The notes beneath the pieces are model-generated. The model saw only the letters and a program-made list of their open reading frames with translations, was not told the origin of the DNA and ran no database searches. Positions 27,941 to 37,740 of a stretch of 64,000 nucleotides of DNA are shown piece by piece. A program made the position numbers and the translations under genes. This DNA comes from a virus. Taxonomy: Duplodnaviria; Caudoviricetes. The stretch is from the IMG/VR virus record IMGVR_UViG_3300035390_000014, positions 138,720 through 202,719 of that record; one strand, given 5' to 3'. Each line of letters opens with the position of its first letter. Position 1 is the first letter of the stretch.

Positions 27941-29839
27941 ATGGCTGGATTAAAAGATAATTTTGAATTATTAAAGAGAACCATTATTGGTACTAAGACT
28001 ACTAATATTGATGCCAAACTAGATCAAGCGGTTACAGATATAACTAACTTTAAATCTCAAAGTGGTAGAAATGGTTATATTGATTTAGTCAGAAATTTAA
28101 TATCTAAATCTACCGGTTCATTTAATATTGATTCCTCTTCTAAAGGTATGTTTGGTCAAGGATCAACCTCACCCGCTATGTTTGGTCAACAAAAAAGAAT
28201 GCAACGATATAAAACTTATGCAGGAACAATTTCAACTATTGATTATTGTTATAGAGCATTGGATGTATTAACAGATAATATATGTTCGCCAGATGATATA
28301 ACAAAAACAACATTAGAAATTAAACCTAAAAAGTTTTTAGAAGATGAAACCCCAACTGAATCTAAAACGGTTCAAGTAAAAGGGTTAGTTCATAAATTAA
28401 AGATAGAAGAACATTTACCTTTAATAGTAAGAAATACTCTTTTGTTTGGAGATTTCTTTTGTGAAATAGCATCACCAAAAACGGCTTTAACTAGTTCATC
28501 GTATTTAGCAGAACAACAACATTTATTTGAGTCTGGTGTCATAGAAGAATTTGCTGTTCCAATTAAAGGAAAAGATGATTGGAAAATAAGAATGAATTAT
28601 GAAGGCTTTGTAGAACTAGGAACTGAAGTTTTAATTGAAGCTGGTGAAACAGATAAAACTGATGGAAAAAAAGATGCATCAGATGTTGTTTTATTATTTC
28701 ATGATCCATCAAGAATTGTAAAACTACAAAGTGAACTATATCCAATTTGTTTTGGGTATTTAGTATTTCCAAAAGCTAATGTAGTTCCTCATTTATCAAT
28801 GCAAGATCAAGCGGTCAATGACATATGTAATTCAATATTAAAAAATCTTTCTAAAAAAGTTCCTCAAATTGCTGAATTTAATGGTAAAGAATTAAAAGAT
28901 ATTGTTGCTTCAATGGTGGCAAGTGGCCAGGATCAATCTAAAGCAACTAGTATTAGATATGTTTCGCCGGATAGAATCCAACATTTCATGAGACCATCAA
29001 CTAAATATGAGCCTTATGGCGAATCTATATTTGATGCTTGTCAGTTCACAGCTAAATGTTTAGTTGCAATGGAAACAGCATTAGCAGTTCAACGTCTTGC
29101 TAAATCAACAGAAAAAAGAAAGATTGCTGTTGAAATTGGTTTACCAAGAGATGCAAGAAAAATGATTGAAAAATTAAAAGAGGAACTTAGAAAGAGGAAA
29201 GTAACTCTGGATAATTTTGGAACTGTTGATACTATACCTTCTATGATAACAACATTTGAGGATGTTTATATTCCTCAAAAAGATGGTAAGCCATTTGTTG
29301 ATATTAGTACATTCAATGAAGGTAATGTTGATATCAGAAGTAAGGTTGACGAGTTGAAATTTCTAAGAGATAGTGTTGTTGCCTCATTGGGGGTTCCACC
29401 TAGTTTTATTAACATTGAGGAAAATCTATCTAATAAAGCAGCTCTAACAGAAGAAAATATTCTTTTTGCTAGAACAATTGTTAGTCATCAAAAATATATA
29501 ACACATCAAATGAATAAACTTATACAAAAAGTTTATGATATAATTAGTCCAGAAGAAGCCTTATCAATACTTGATAATGTTTTGATAGCTCTACCAAGTC
29601 CTAAATCTCTTCAATATGAAAGAGAAGCAAGATATTTAAGTGAGTTGGCAAATCTTATTGAAACTCTTGAAAGAGTTGGTATACCAAGAGAATACACTAA
29701 AAAGAAATATCTATCTAACATAGATTGGGAAGACTTGAAAAATTATGAGGTTGGTGAAAAAATTGAGAAAGAATTAGGAACCGAGAAAGAGGATGATCCA
29801 ATGGCTGGAGGTATGGCTGGAATGGGTGGTGGTTACTAA
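27941..29839 (+). CDS. portal protein, T4 gp20-like
   Basis: METALAVQRLAKSTEKRKIAVEIG-LP, EDVYIPQK and DELKFLRDSVVASLGVPPSF align with gp20 motifs. Confidence 0.85.
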   Translation: MAGLKDNFELLKRTIIGTKTTNIDAKLDQAVTDITNFKSQSGRNGYIDLVRNLISKSTGSFNIDSSSKGMFGQGSTSPAMFGQQKRMQRYKTYAGTISTIDYCYRALDVLTDNICSPDDITKTTLEIKPKKFLEDETPTESKTVQVKGLVHKLKIEEHLPLIVRNTLLFGDFFCEIASPKTALTSSSYLAEQQHLFESGVIEEFAVPIKGKDDWKIRMNYEGFVELGTEVLIEAGETDKTDGKKDASDVVLLFHDPSRIVKLQSELYPICFGYLVFPKANVVPHLSMQDQAVNDICNSILKNLSKKVPQIAEFNGKELKDIVASMVASGQDQSKATSIRYVSPDRIQHFMRPSTKYEPYGESIFDACQFTAKCLVAMETALAVQRLAKSTEKRKIAVEIGLPRDARKMIEKLKEELRKRKVTLDNFGTVDTIPSMITTFEDVYIPQKDGKPFVDISTFNEGNVDIRSKVDELKFLRDSVVASLGVPPSFINIEENLSNKAALTEENILFARTIVSHQKYITHQMNKLIQKVYDIISPEEALSILDNVLIALPSPKSLQYEREARYLSELANLIETLERVGIPREYTKKKYLSNIDWEDLKNYEVGEKIEKELGTEKEDDPMAGGMAGMGGGY

Positions 29840-29890
29840 GAATTTTTTAAGAACAAATAAATAAATAATACCTTATAGGAGGAAACTATC

Positions 29891-30076
29891 ATGCAACAAA
29901 AAGTATGTCCAATATGCGAGGCTCAGGAGATGTTTGCTAAAACAGATATTGCTCCAGCACAAGCTAAAATTGTAGAATGGACTTGTGGTTTTTGTGGTCA
30001 TAAAGAAACCGATACAATTCAAATGACTGAATTAGGTGGATATGTAACTGAGACAGAAAGATTAGATCATATATAA
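29891..30076 (+). CDS. small Zn-ribbon protein, paralogue 1
   Basis: CPIC...EWTCGFCGHKETDTI. Confidence 0.7.
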   Translation: MQQKVCPICEAQEMFAKTDIAPAQAKIVEWTCGFCGHKETDTIQMTELGGYVTETERLDHI

Positions 30077-30123
30077 ACCATAAAAAAATAAAATTATTTA
30101 AATTATTTACGGAGGAATATAAC

Positions 30124-30342
30124 ATGGCACTTACACCAAAAATTTGTCCAGTATGCCAAGGCGCTGCAGGAATGCCTTATATGAAAGGTGTTGTAACACA
30201 GAAATTTGATATGACTACTAAGGTTCCAGAGATTACTGAATGGACTTGTCCATATTGTGGTCATAAAGAAACCGACACAATTGAGTTCGCCCAATCAGGC
30301 GGAAATTATAACAGCGGTATTGTTCAGGGTCCAGTTGCCTAA
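30124..30342 (+). CDS. small Zn-ribbon protein, paralogue 2
   Basis: CPVC...EWTCPYCGHKETDTI...YNSGIVQGPVA. Confidence 0.7.
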   Translation: MALTPKICPVCQGAAGMPYMKGVVTQKFDMTTKVPEITEWTCPYCGHKETDTIEFAQSGGNYNSGIVQGPVA

Positions 30343-30424
30343 TTCTAAGGTTGGGGGTTAAACTTTCCATGATGGAAAATCATTTTTAGCTCCCTTCCTA
30401 ATCATTCAGTTTGGAGGAAAGATT

Positions 30425-30709
30425 ATGTCTTTTAAACTTTGTACTTCTTGTAGTAATGAGAATTGCGGCACAGCTACGAATTATATGACTGGTACGATAA
30501 CACAACCATTTGACCCTACTAATGATGATCCTCAGATTACTGATTTTGTTTGTCCGTATTGTGGATATACAGAAACTGAAATTCTACCTTCTCCACCTGT
30601 TATGTCTAATTTTAATAGTGGGATTGGAAGATTAATAGAACCAGTAACACTTGATGTTAGTTATTGGGGAGTTTATAATAGCGGAATAGTTCAGGGTCCA
30701 TTAGCTTAG
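30425..30709 (+). CDS. small Zn-ribbon protein, paralogue 3
   Basis: CTSC...FVCPYCGYTETE...YNSGIVQGPLA. Confidence 0.7.
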   Translation: MSFKLCTSCSNENCGTATNYMTGTITQPFDPTNDDPQITDFVCPYCGYTETEILPSPPVMSNFNSGIGRLIEPVTLDVSYWGVYNSGIVQGPLA

Positions 30710-30717
30710 GTGGTAAT

Positions 30718-31467
30718 ATGAAAAAATATGATATTAATAAAATGTTAGAAGAATGGGGTAGTACTGGTTTATCCGGTGTTGGTCCATTTCCAGGACAAGA
30801 TAATGACCCGGAGGATGTTGACAGTCTTTCCGCTGATTCTGGTTCGTCAAATTCTTCTGATTTAACCACTCATTTTCAAGGTCCATCCGACCCAGAAAAT
30901 AGACCAGGCCCTGACCAAAAGAAATTGCCTATTAAAGAAGCACCAGGTGATGTAATGTCTACATCAAGTCCAGCTCCACCAGTAAAAGAAAAACCACCTA
31001 CTCAACCAAAACCGCCGCCTATGAAAACACCAGATATGCAAGCTCCTCCAGGTGGTATGGGTGCTCCTCCAGGTGGTATGGGTGGAGAACCTGGTATGGA
31101 AGATCCTTCTATGATGGGTATGGGTATGGGAATGCCTGGTCCAGCAGATTCTGGGGAAGTTGGTAGAATATATGAACTTAAAAAAATATATTCTAGATTA
31201 GTATCAATGCAATCATATTTAGCTGGAACAACTGATGTTAATTTAATTAAACTTAGAAACTATGTTTCACAAACAATGGATTTATTCAGAACATTGATTT
31301 CTAATATTGCTTTATATAAAGATAGATTAGATGAAATAATTATTGTTTTTTATAAAGTTGTTGATAATGTGTATGTTATTTTATCTAAATATTATAAAGA
31401 TAAAGACAGTGGTAAAATGGTTCAGGCAGTTGAAGGTAAACTTATTAATAATCCATTTGAAATATAA
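30718..31467 (+). CDS. Pro/Gly/Met-rich head-associated protein
   Basis: Low-complexity N-terminal half (APPGGMG x2) and helical C-terminal domain; lies in the head cluster. Confidence 0.6.
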   Translation: MKKYDINKMLEEWGSTGLSGVGPFPGQDNDPEDVDSLSADSGSSNSSDLTTHFQGPSDPENRPGPDQKKLPIKEAPGDVMSTSSPAPPVKEKPPTQPKPPPMKTPDMQAPPGGMGAPPGGMGGEPGMEDPSMMGMGMGMPGPADSGEVGRIYELKKIYSRLVSMQSYLAGTTDVNLIKLRNYVSQTMDLFRTLISNIALYKDRLDEIIIVFYKVVDNVYVILSKYYKDKDSGKMVQAVEGKLINNPFEI

Positions 31468-31477
31468 AGGAAATTAT

Positions 31478-32980
31478 ATGAATACTGTCAAAATGATAAG
31501 TATTATAAATGAGAAATATAAACTAAATTCATTTTTAGGGGTAGATATTATAAAGCAGTATTTAAAAGATAAAGCAGATATTGATATGGTATGTGTAACA
31601 TATCAATTATATGTGCATAATAATATGTATCATGAATTAAGAAAAAATGAATTTGACAATGGTGAAGTAGTTTGTGAGATTGGTTACCTAGTTAATATTC
31701 TTCAAATAATAAAAAATTACGAAGATGGTGTAGAAGATTTATCTACTGGATTAATAATGTTAGATGATGACCAATGGAAAACTGTTCATAGTGTTATTGA
31801 AAATGCAAATTCTATTGATATAAATAATATTGAAATATTTGGATTTTCATCTCTTTATATTACATTTTTATATTTATTTTTATATGCAGCTATTATAAAA
31901 AGAAGAAATCCAAATATTAAAATTGTATTTGGTGGGTATCATGTGACCCTTAGTGAAAGAATAAGAAAGTTATTATTAAAAACTAATATAGTTGATATAA
32001 CAATATCTGGTGATGGTTGTAAACCAATGTTAGATATAGCTCAAGGAAAAATAACAGAAGGTGATTATTTTGGAAAGTTTGAACAAACTCCATCATTACC
32101 GCATTATACTAAAATACGAAGAAGAATAGGACCACCAAATTTTTCTACTTTATCATCTGTGGGTTGTAAATTTAATTGTTATTTTTGTGCTAGTTCTAGA
32201 GAATTTATAGAATGTGATTTAGATTATCTAAAAAAATATATAGAAAGAGAAAATAAAATATACCGCATTAATCATATTAGCTTTGCCGATGATTGCATCA
32301 ATCCCACAATCTCGAGAGCAATAGCACTTTGTAATGTTATGAAAAATTTCCCAAGTATAACTTGGAATGCACATTTTGTGTGTTCTCAATACAATGATAA
32401 ATTATTAGAAGCATTAGTAGATAGTGGTTGCACTGAATTATTTTTAGGAACTGAAGCATTTTCTGATGATATTTTAGATGTTATAAATAAAAATTGTAAT
32501 AAGAAAAAATATTTAGAAACTATTCATAAATTATGTGATGCCGGTATAAAAGTTGTTCTTGGAATTATATGTGGATTACCATCAGAAACAGATGAAAAAT
32601 TTCAAGAAACATTAGATGTTGTAATTAACTTAGTTAAAAACTATGAAGACTTAATTACAATAGCTCCAGTTTGTATTAAAATGTTTCCAGGTTCTGAAAT
32701 GTATAAAAAACCAGACAAGTTTGGTATATCATTTACCTATTGGAGTAAAGATATTATAAATAAATATTGGAAATATAAGATAGAAGAAGAATTTCCTGAA
32801 TTATTACCATTAATTGAAACTATACCTTTTTTGTTTTCTATAGAAGGAGTTTCTGGGAATGATCGTTTTGAAAGACAGGCAAGATTTTTGCCATTTAAAA
32901 AGAATTTATTAATTTATGGTAATGGTGAAAGTCTATCTCTATATAACAATGTAAATGAATTAAAACCAATAACATTGTAA
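31478..32980 (+). CDS. B12-binding radical SAM protein (class B methyltransferase-like)
   Basis: GFSS, IVFGGYHVT, GDG cobalamin-domain motifs; SVGCKFNCYFC, FADD, GTEAFS, IICGLPSET. Start moved to ATG 31478. Confidence 0.85.
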   Translation: MNTVKMISIINEKYKLNSFLGVDIIKQYLKDKADIDMVCVTYQLYVHNNMYHELRKNEFDNGEVVCEIGYLVNILQIIKNYEDGVEDLSTGLIMLDDDQWKTVHSVIENANSIDINNIEIFGFSSLYITFLYLFLYAAIIKRRNPNIKIVFGGYHVTLSERIRKLLLKTNIVDITISGDGCKPMLDIAQGKITEGDYFGKFEQTPSLPHYTKIRRRIGPPNFSTLSSVGCKFNCYFCASSREFIECDLDYLKKYIERENKIYRINHISFADDCINPTISRAIALCNVMKNFPSITWNAHFVCSQYNDKLLEALVDSGCTELFLGTEAFSDDILDVINKNCNKKKYLETIHKLCDAGIKVVLGIICGLPSETDEKFQETLDVVINLVKNYEDLITIAPVCIKMFPGSEMYKKPDKFGISFTYWSKDIINKYWKYKIEEEFPELLPLIETIPFLFSIEGVSGNDRFERQARFLPFKKNLLIYGNGESLSLYNNVNELKPITL

Positions 32981-33016
32981 ATGAATTAAAACCAATTTAA
33001 ATAATAGGAGTATATA

Positions 33017-33673
33017 ATGAGCTCTTTTATATTAGAAAGCGCTATATTACAGGAAGCTAAGATAGTTAAAGAAACTCCTGGTAAAGCAATATTTCGTTGT
33101 ACCATTCAAACTGCGGATGATATTAATGCAAATAAAAGAATGTATCCAAGAATGGTTCTTGAAAATGGTATGCAAAACTGTGCCCCAAGAATGAGATCAA
33201 GAGCATTCTTATCTGAATTAGATCATCCGATTCCTCAAGGTGGAGCGTTTGACCAAATAAGACAAACTACAGTTCAATTAAAAGAAGTATCTCATATTAT
33301 TAGAGATTATGAATGGAAAGGTAATCACCTAGTAGCTGAGATGGAAACAACCTCAACTCCAAATGGTGGAATACTTTGTGGTCTATTAAGAGACAATTCT
33401 GGAATTGGATTTTCTATGCGTGGATTAGCAGAGTTAGAAAGACTTCAAGAATATAATATGGTTAAAGGTCCTTTAACTATTATTGCATTTGATGCAGTTT
33501 CCCAACCTTCACATAAAGCGGCCGTAGTTAACTTTAGTGAAATGCAATTTGAATCTTCAATGTTAATGGAAAGTGTTGGACAAATATGTGTAAATGGTAG
33601 ATGTTTCTTACCAGACTATTTTGATAAATTAGTAGAATCTAGGATAGTTACATTTTTTGATAAATGGGTGTAG
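33017..33673 (+). CDS. prohead protease, T4 gp21-like
   Basis: NANKRMYP, ELDHP, GFSMRG, FDAVSQPS. Confidence 0.88.
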   Translation: MSSFILESAILQEAKIVKETPGKAIFRCTIQTADDINANKRMYPRMVLENGMQNCAPRMRSRAFLSELDHPIPQGGAFDQIRQTTVQLKEVSHIIRDYEWKGNHLVAEMETTSTPNGGILCGLLRDNSGIGFSMRGLAELERLQEYNMVKGPLTIIAFDAVSQPSHKAAVVNFSEMQFESSMLMESVGQICVNGRCFLPDYFDKLVESRIVTFFDKWV

Positions 33674-33676
33674 ACA

Positions 33677-34090
33677 ATGAGTAAATTAATTGATATCTAT
33701 CTTGAATCTTTAAACGAAGGTGTACTTAGCACTGCAGCAAAATATTGGGCACCTAAAGTTGGAAGAGTAGCCAAAACTACTGGTAAATTTTATGGAAAAG
33801 CAGCAATAAAACATGCTCCTGCTGCTGCTTATGCTGTTGGAAAAACTGCACAAACAGTTGCCAAACCAATAGTAAATGCTGGAAAAAGTGCTGGTAAAGC
33901 TATTGGACATGGAGCTGTTAATGCTGTTAGATCAGCTGGAAATAGCATGGCTAATTCAATAAAAAAACGCTGGGCTAAACATATGAAAGATAGAAAAAGT
34001 AATAAGAATATGAGAAACCTTCATAAAAATATTGCCAGAAATAAAGCTTTGGCCAAATCTAATGCTAATAATGTAAAAAAGATAAAGTAA
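33677..34090 (+). CDS. basic Ala/Lys-rich candidate internal head protein
   Basis: MSKLIDIYLESLNE (LxE sites) followed by a basic low-complexity body. Confidence 0.55.
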   Translation: MSKLIDIYLESLNEGVLSTAAKYWAPKVGRVAKTTGKFYGKAAIKHAPAAAYAVGKTAQTVAKPIVNAGKSAGKAIGHGAVNAVRSAGNSMANSIKKRWAKHMKDRKSNKNMRNLHKNIARNKALAKSNANNVKKIK

Positions 34091-34098
34091 GGAGATAT

Positions 34099-34395
34099 AT
34101 GAATATAATCGAATGTAAAGAAATGCAGAGAATTAAAAAACATGAATTGATACCAACTGTTATAGATCACATTTTTACTATATGTAAAGAAGATAAAAAT
34201 TTTACTATTCAAGAAAGAATTGGAAAAATAGATAGTAGATTAACTCAAGCAAACACTCAAATTTCAAAACATAAAAAACTATTGAATCAATCTAATAAGA
34301 TTAAAAAAGAATTATTAGAGAAGATAAAAGCGATAGACGATGAAAGTTTTAAAATTAAATATAAAGTATTAGAAACTTTAGGAAGTGATATATGA
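34099..34395 (+). CDS. hypothetical coiled-coil protein
   Basis: AGGAG RBS. Confidence 0.6.
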   Translation: MNIIECKEMQRIKKHELIPTVIDHIFTICKEDKNFTIQERIGKIDSRLTQANTQISKHKKLLNQSNKIKKELLEKIKAIDDESFKIKYKVLETLGSDI

Positions 34396-34805
34396 ATATT
34401 ATTGAAACTAAAATCCCTGATATAAATATAGAAAATATAGATCAATCTAAAGTTAACTTAGCAGAAAAAATAATTAATAACATTAATCCTTTATTCGATG
34501 ATTTGAGACAAGAAAAAATAAATGATTTTAAGTTTAAAGTAAATGAATTTAAACAAATTAAATCAACTGTATTATCTAATAAAAGTGAGATTGAAACCTT
34601 ATTTGTACATTACAAAAGAAAACAAAAAGTTAAAAAATTATTGGAAAGAATTGATAAGTTAGTTTCTTTAGGTATTGTTAACGAAGGTCAAACAAAGCAA
34701 GAAACTATAATTTTATTAAAAATTATTGACAAGTTACCAACTGATAAGTTAAACTTTCATCTAAAAGAAACCATGAACACAATATCAAAACGATTTCCAA
34801 CTTAA
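34392..34805 (+). CDS. hypothetical coiled-coil protein
   Basis: ORF track; overlaps the previous stop. Confidence 0.6.
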   Translation: MNIIETKIPDINIENIDQSKVNLAEKIINNINPLFDDLRQEKINDFKFKVNEFKQIKSTVLSNKSEIETLFVHYKRKQKVKKLLERIDKLVSLGIVNEGQTKQETIILLKIIDKLPTDKLNFHLKETMNTISKRFPT

Positions 34806-34830
34806 TAAGTAAAAGTATCAAAATAGTATC

Positions 34831-34889
34831 AACTCTGAGTTTGTTTCTTAAATGTCTTGAGAAACAAACTCAGAGTTTTTTTCCGTTGG
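34831..34889 (+). terminator. hairpin terminator followed by TTCCGT
   Basis: 18-bp stem AACTCTGAGTTTGTTTCT/AGAAACAAACTCAGAGTT plus T run. Confidence 0.75.
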
Positions 34890-34984
34890 GAAATGTTCTA
34901 ACTAGTAAAGTAAATAGAACATAATATAAATTCTTACTTGGATTATTATGTTAATTTATTATATCTACCATAGGAGGTATTATT

Positions 34985-36436
34985 ATGAAAGAACTTCTAC
35001 AAGAAGTGTACCAAACAACTAAGAAAATTTCTGGTGTGGATCCTTCCAAACCTGGAAATATGAAACAAGTCCTTGTCGATGACGTTGCCTTCAATACTTA
35101 TGTTACAGGTTTAGCTGAGTCTATTGAAAACAAAAAAGACAGAGAACAATTTACACTATTAGCAGAAAACACAAGAGTGAACTTACTTGAAAATTCAATG
35201 TTTCAGATCAACCCTTACGAAACTTTGACTCTTCCTATTCTTAGAGTTTTCTATCCAAAACTTATTGCCAAAGAACTTATTACGGTTTCTCCTATGGACA
35301 AACCTGAAACTATTAAAGCATTTTTGAAAGCTACTTTCAGTCCTTCTAATAGTTCTACTAAATATCCTTCTCCTGTAACTGGACAAGATATTTCTAGTGG
35401 TCCTGTTGTTGGTACTCCAGTATCTGCTTCAATGCCTGTTCCTTCTGACGCTTTCGATATTTTAGCAGTTGCTGGTGTTTCTAGTGACGAAGCTCATCTT
35501 GAAAGAGATTATGAAATTACAGCTGTTTCTGATGATGGTACTGCTTGGACAGAAGTATCTATTGTACCTGCAGTTGAAGGACATTTTTCTTCAAGTGTAA
35601 CTGTTAATTCTACTTCAGATGTTATTTCTGGTAAAGTTAATTATCTTGACGGACTTGTTGATGTATCTAGTACTACTGGTACAGTTAAGTTCATCAAATA
35701 CAAAGTTACTTTTTCACTAGAAGAAAATAAAATCAATCCTTCTGTTCAATTAAGTGTAGACAAAGTTCGTCTATATGCGAAAGACAGACAGATCAGTGCA
35801 AACTGGACTATTAACATGGAACAAGACATGAGAGCTCTATTTGATCTTTCTATGCAAGCTGAAATTGTTAATGTCCTTGGACAACAAATCGCTCTTGATA
35901 TTGATAGAGAGATTATCAATGCATTGATTACTGCTAATGCAAGATTGAATACTTCCGACCATGTTGGAACATTCGCTAGAACAGCTCCATCTGGATACAC
36001 TTGGGGTGACAAATATTGGCATGAAAATATCATCCCAGTATTGAATAAACTATCTGCACAGGTTTACACTGATACTAACATGGAAGCTGCAAATGTTATT
36101 GCTGCTAACCCTCTTGACGTAGCTATTCTTGAAGATCTCCAGGGATTCAACTATACTGGTACTTCTTCTGTAGATGGTAACATGGGTTATAGAAGCGCAA
36201 CAGTTGCTGGTGGAAAATGGAAAGTATTGACTTCAGCAGTAATTCCTCAAGGAACTATGTTGATGGTTTATAAACCAGTTGAAGAACTAAAGAGTGTATA
36301 TATCTATGCTCCGTATGTTCCTGCTGTCCTTCACCCATATCCACTGGGAGCTACACCTTCTCTAACAATCCTTAGCAGATATGCTACTGCATTGATTAGA
36401 AGTAATGGTATCTGTGCTTGTACAATTACTGCATAA
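34985..36436 (+). CDS. major capsid protein, T4 gp23-like
   Basis: LPILRVFYPKLIAKELITVSPM, RQISANWTINMEQDMRA, ALDIDREII, YIYAPYVP, SRYA; promoter variant at 34916-34931. Confidence 0.9.
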   Translation: MKELLQEVYQTTKKISGVDPSKPGNMKQVLVDDVAFNTYVTGLAESIENKKDREQFTLLAENTRVNLLENSMFQINPYETLTLPILRVFYPKLIAKELITVSPMDKPETIKAFLKATFSPSNSSTKYPSPVTGQDISSGPVVGTPVSASMPVPSDAFDILAVAGVSSDEAHLERDYEITAVSDDGTAWTEVSIVPAVEGHFSSSVTVNSTSDVISGKVNYLDGLVDVSSTTGTVKFIKYKVTFSLEENKINPSVQLSVDKVRLYAKDRQISANWTINMEQDMRALFDLSMQAEIVNVLGQQIALDIDREIINALITANARLNTSDHVGTFARTAPSGYTWGDKYWHENIIPVLNKLSAQVYTDTNMEAANVIAANPLDVAILEDLQGFNYTGTSSVDGNMGYRSATVAGGKWKVLTSAVIPQGTMLMVYKPVEELKSVYIYAPYVPAVLHPYPLGATPSLTILSRYATALIRSNGICACTITA

Positions 36437-36463
36437 TAAAGTAATAAAATATTATTATAATAT

Positions 36464-36507
36464 AACTCCCTTAGCTATTGATTTAGTTAAGGGAGTTTTT
36501 TCCGTAT
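36464..36507 (+). terminator. terminator after the capsid gene
   Basis: AACTCCCTTAGCTA/TAGTTAAGGGAGTT stem plus TTTTCCGT. Confidence 0.8.
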
Positions 36508-36560
36508 GCATAAGAACCTATTTTATTATAAAAGAACATATATTAAAAAGGAGATTATAA

Positions 36561-37634
36561 ATGGGAAAACATATTATTAAGGATATTGAATTTGTAGAAT
36601 GCCCATATTGTGAAAAAGGGAAAGATAATCAATTTCAAATGATTCATTGGACACATTTAAAAAAAATACATGGGAAAAAAATTGATGATGTTTTAATTGA
36701 ATTTCCTGGAATTCCAACAATGACAAAAAAAGAATCTGATAGAAGAAGAATTGCCGCTAAAAAAGGGACTAAAGAAAGTAGCAAAACACATTCTAAATTA
36801 AAAACTATTAAATGTATACACTGTAAGAATGAAATTCAAGTAAAAAATAATACATCAAATACACAAGCATGTAAAGAATGTTTAGAAAAAGGATTAGAAA
36901 ATCCTGATGGAAAAACTAAACAAGTAGCAAATATTAATAGACAAAAAACATTAAGAAAAAAATATGGAGTTAATAATGCTGCAAATATTCCAGGTGTTAC
37001 AGAAAAGAAAATAGAAACATGTGAAAATAAATATGGTGGTGTTGGATTTGCTAGTGATCAATTAAAAGAAAAAACAATAAATACTATTAAAGAAAAATAT
37101 GGTGTTGATAATATAATGAAATCTAATCCTGGTAAAAAAGGTTATATCAAAACATGTAATAAAAAATACAATGTTGATAATACAGTACACCTACCAGAAA
37201 TAGCAGAAAAAATATCTAAAACTAAAAAAGAATATTTTAAAACTCACGATCACCATCATAAAGGTAAAACATACGAAGAAATTATGGGTCAACCCAGAGC
37301 TGCTGAAAGAATAGAAGAACTTCGTGTATCCGGAGCAATTGGTCAATCATTAACCCCATTCATATCAGCGCCACAATTAAAACTATTTGAATTAGTAAAA
37401 CAAATATATCCAGAAGCTATAATGGAATATCCAATAGATATTTTTTGTATTGACATAGCTATAGAAGATTTAAGAATTGCTATAGAGTATGATGGTAGTT
37501 ATTGGCATGATAAAGAAAGAGATGATTATAGAGATTATGTCTTAAAAGAAAAAGGTTGGTCTACAATAAGATTTGAAGATTATGTTCCATCTAAAGAAGA
37601 ACTAATATTAGAAATCAATAAGAACATATTATAA
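36561..37634 (+). CDS. homing-endonuclease-like protein with KYGVxN repeats and a DUF559/Vsr-like C-terminus
   Basis: CPYC..HWTHLKKIH; repeated KYGVNN/KYGVDN; IDIA..IAIEYDGSYWH. Confidence 0.75.
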   Translation: MGKHIIKDIEFVECPYCEKGKDNQFQMIHWTHLKKIHGKKIDDVLIEFPGIPTMTKKESDRRRIAAKKGTKESSKTHSKLKTIKCIHCKNEIQVKNNTSNTQACKECLEKGLENPDGKTKQVANINRQKTLRKKYGVNNAANIPGVTEKKIETCENKYGGVGFASDQLKEKTINTIKEKYGVDNIMKSNPGKKGYIKTCNKKYNVDNTVHLPEIAEKISKTKKEYFKTHDHHHKGKTYEEIMGQPRAAERIEELRVSGAIGQSLTPFISAPQLKLFELVKQIYPEAIMEYPIDIFCIDIAIEDLRIAIEYDGSYWHDKERDDYRDYVLKEKGWSTIRFEDYVPSKEELILEINKNIL

Positions 37635-37636
37635 AT
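37621..37636 (+). promoter_or_regulatory. phage promoter motif AGAACATATTATAAAT
   Basis: Exact motif, followed by a short non-coding unit and a terminator. Confidence 0.65.
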
Positions 37637-37693
37637 TAAAGATATGCCGGGCTCTGACTATGTAAATTCTTCTCTCTCATAAGTCGAGCAAGT

Positions 37694-37740
37694 AAAAAGG
37701 ACCACATGTTATCGGGGACGTGTGGTCCTTTTTTCCGTAG
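37694..37740 (+). terminator. terminator ending the plus-strand block
   Basis: AAAAAGGACCACATG/CGTGTGGTCCTTTTT plus TTCCGT. A second bidirectional-looking hairpin follows at about 37754-37796. Confidence 0.75.

Noticed and set aside
14676-36436. Genome-wide TAG reassignment (code 15), suggested by the CTA tRNA
   Set aside because: Polymerase, portal, capsid and other long genes are intact in code 11, and TAG terminates genes directly before the next RBS.
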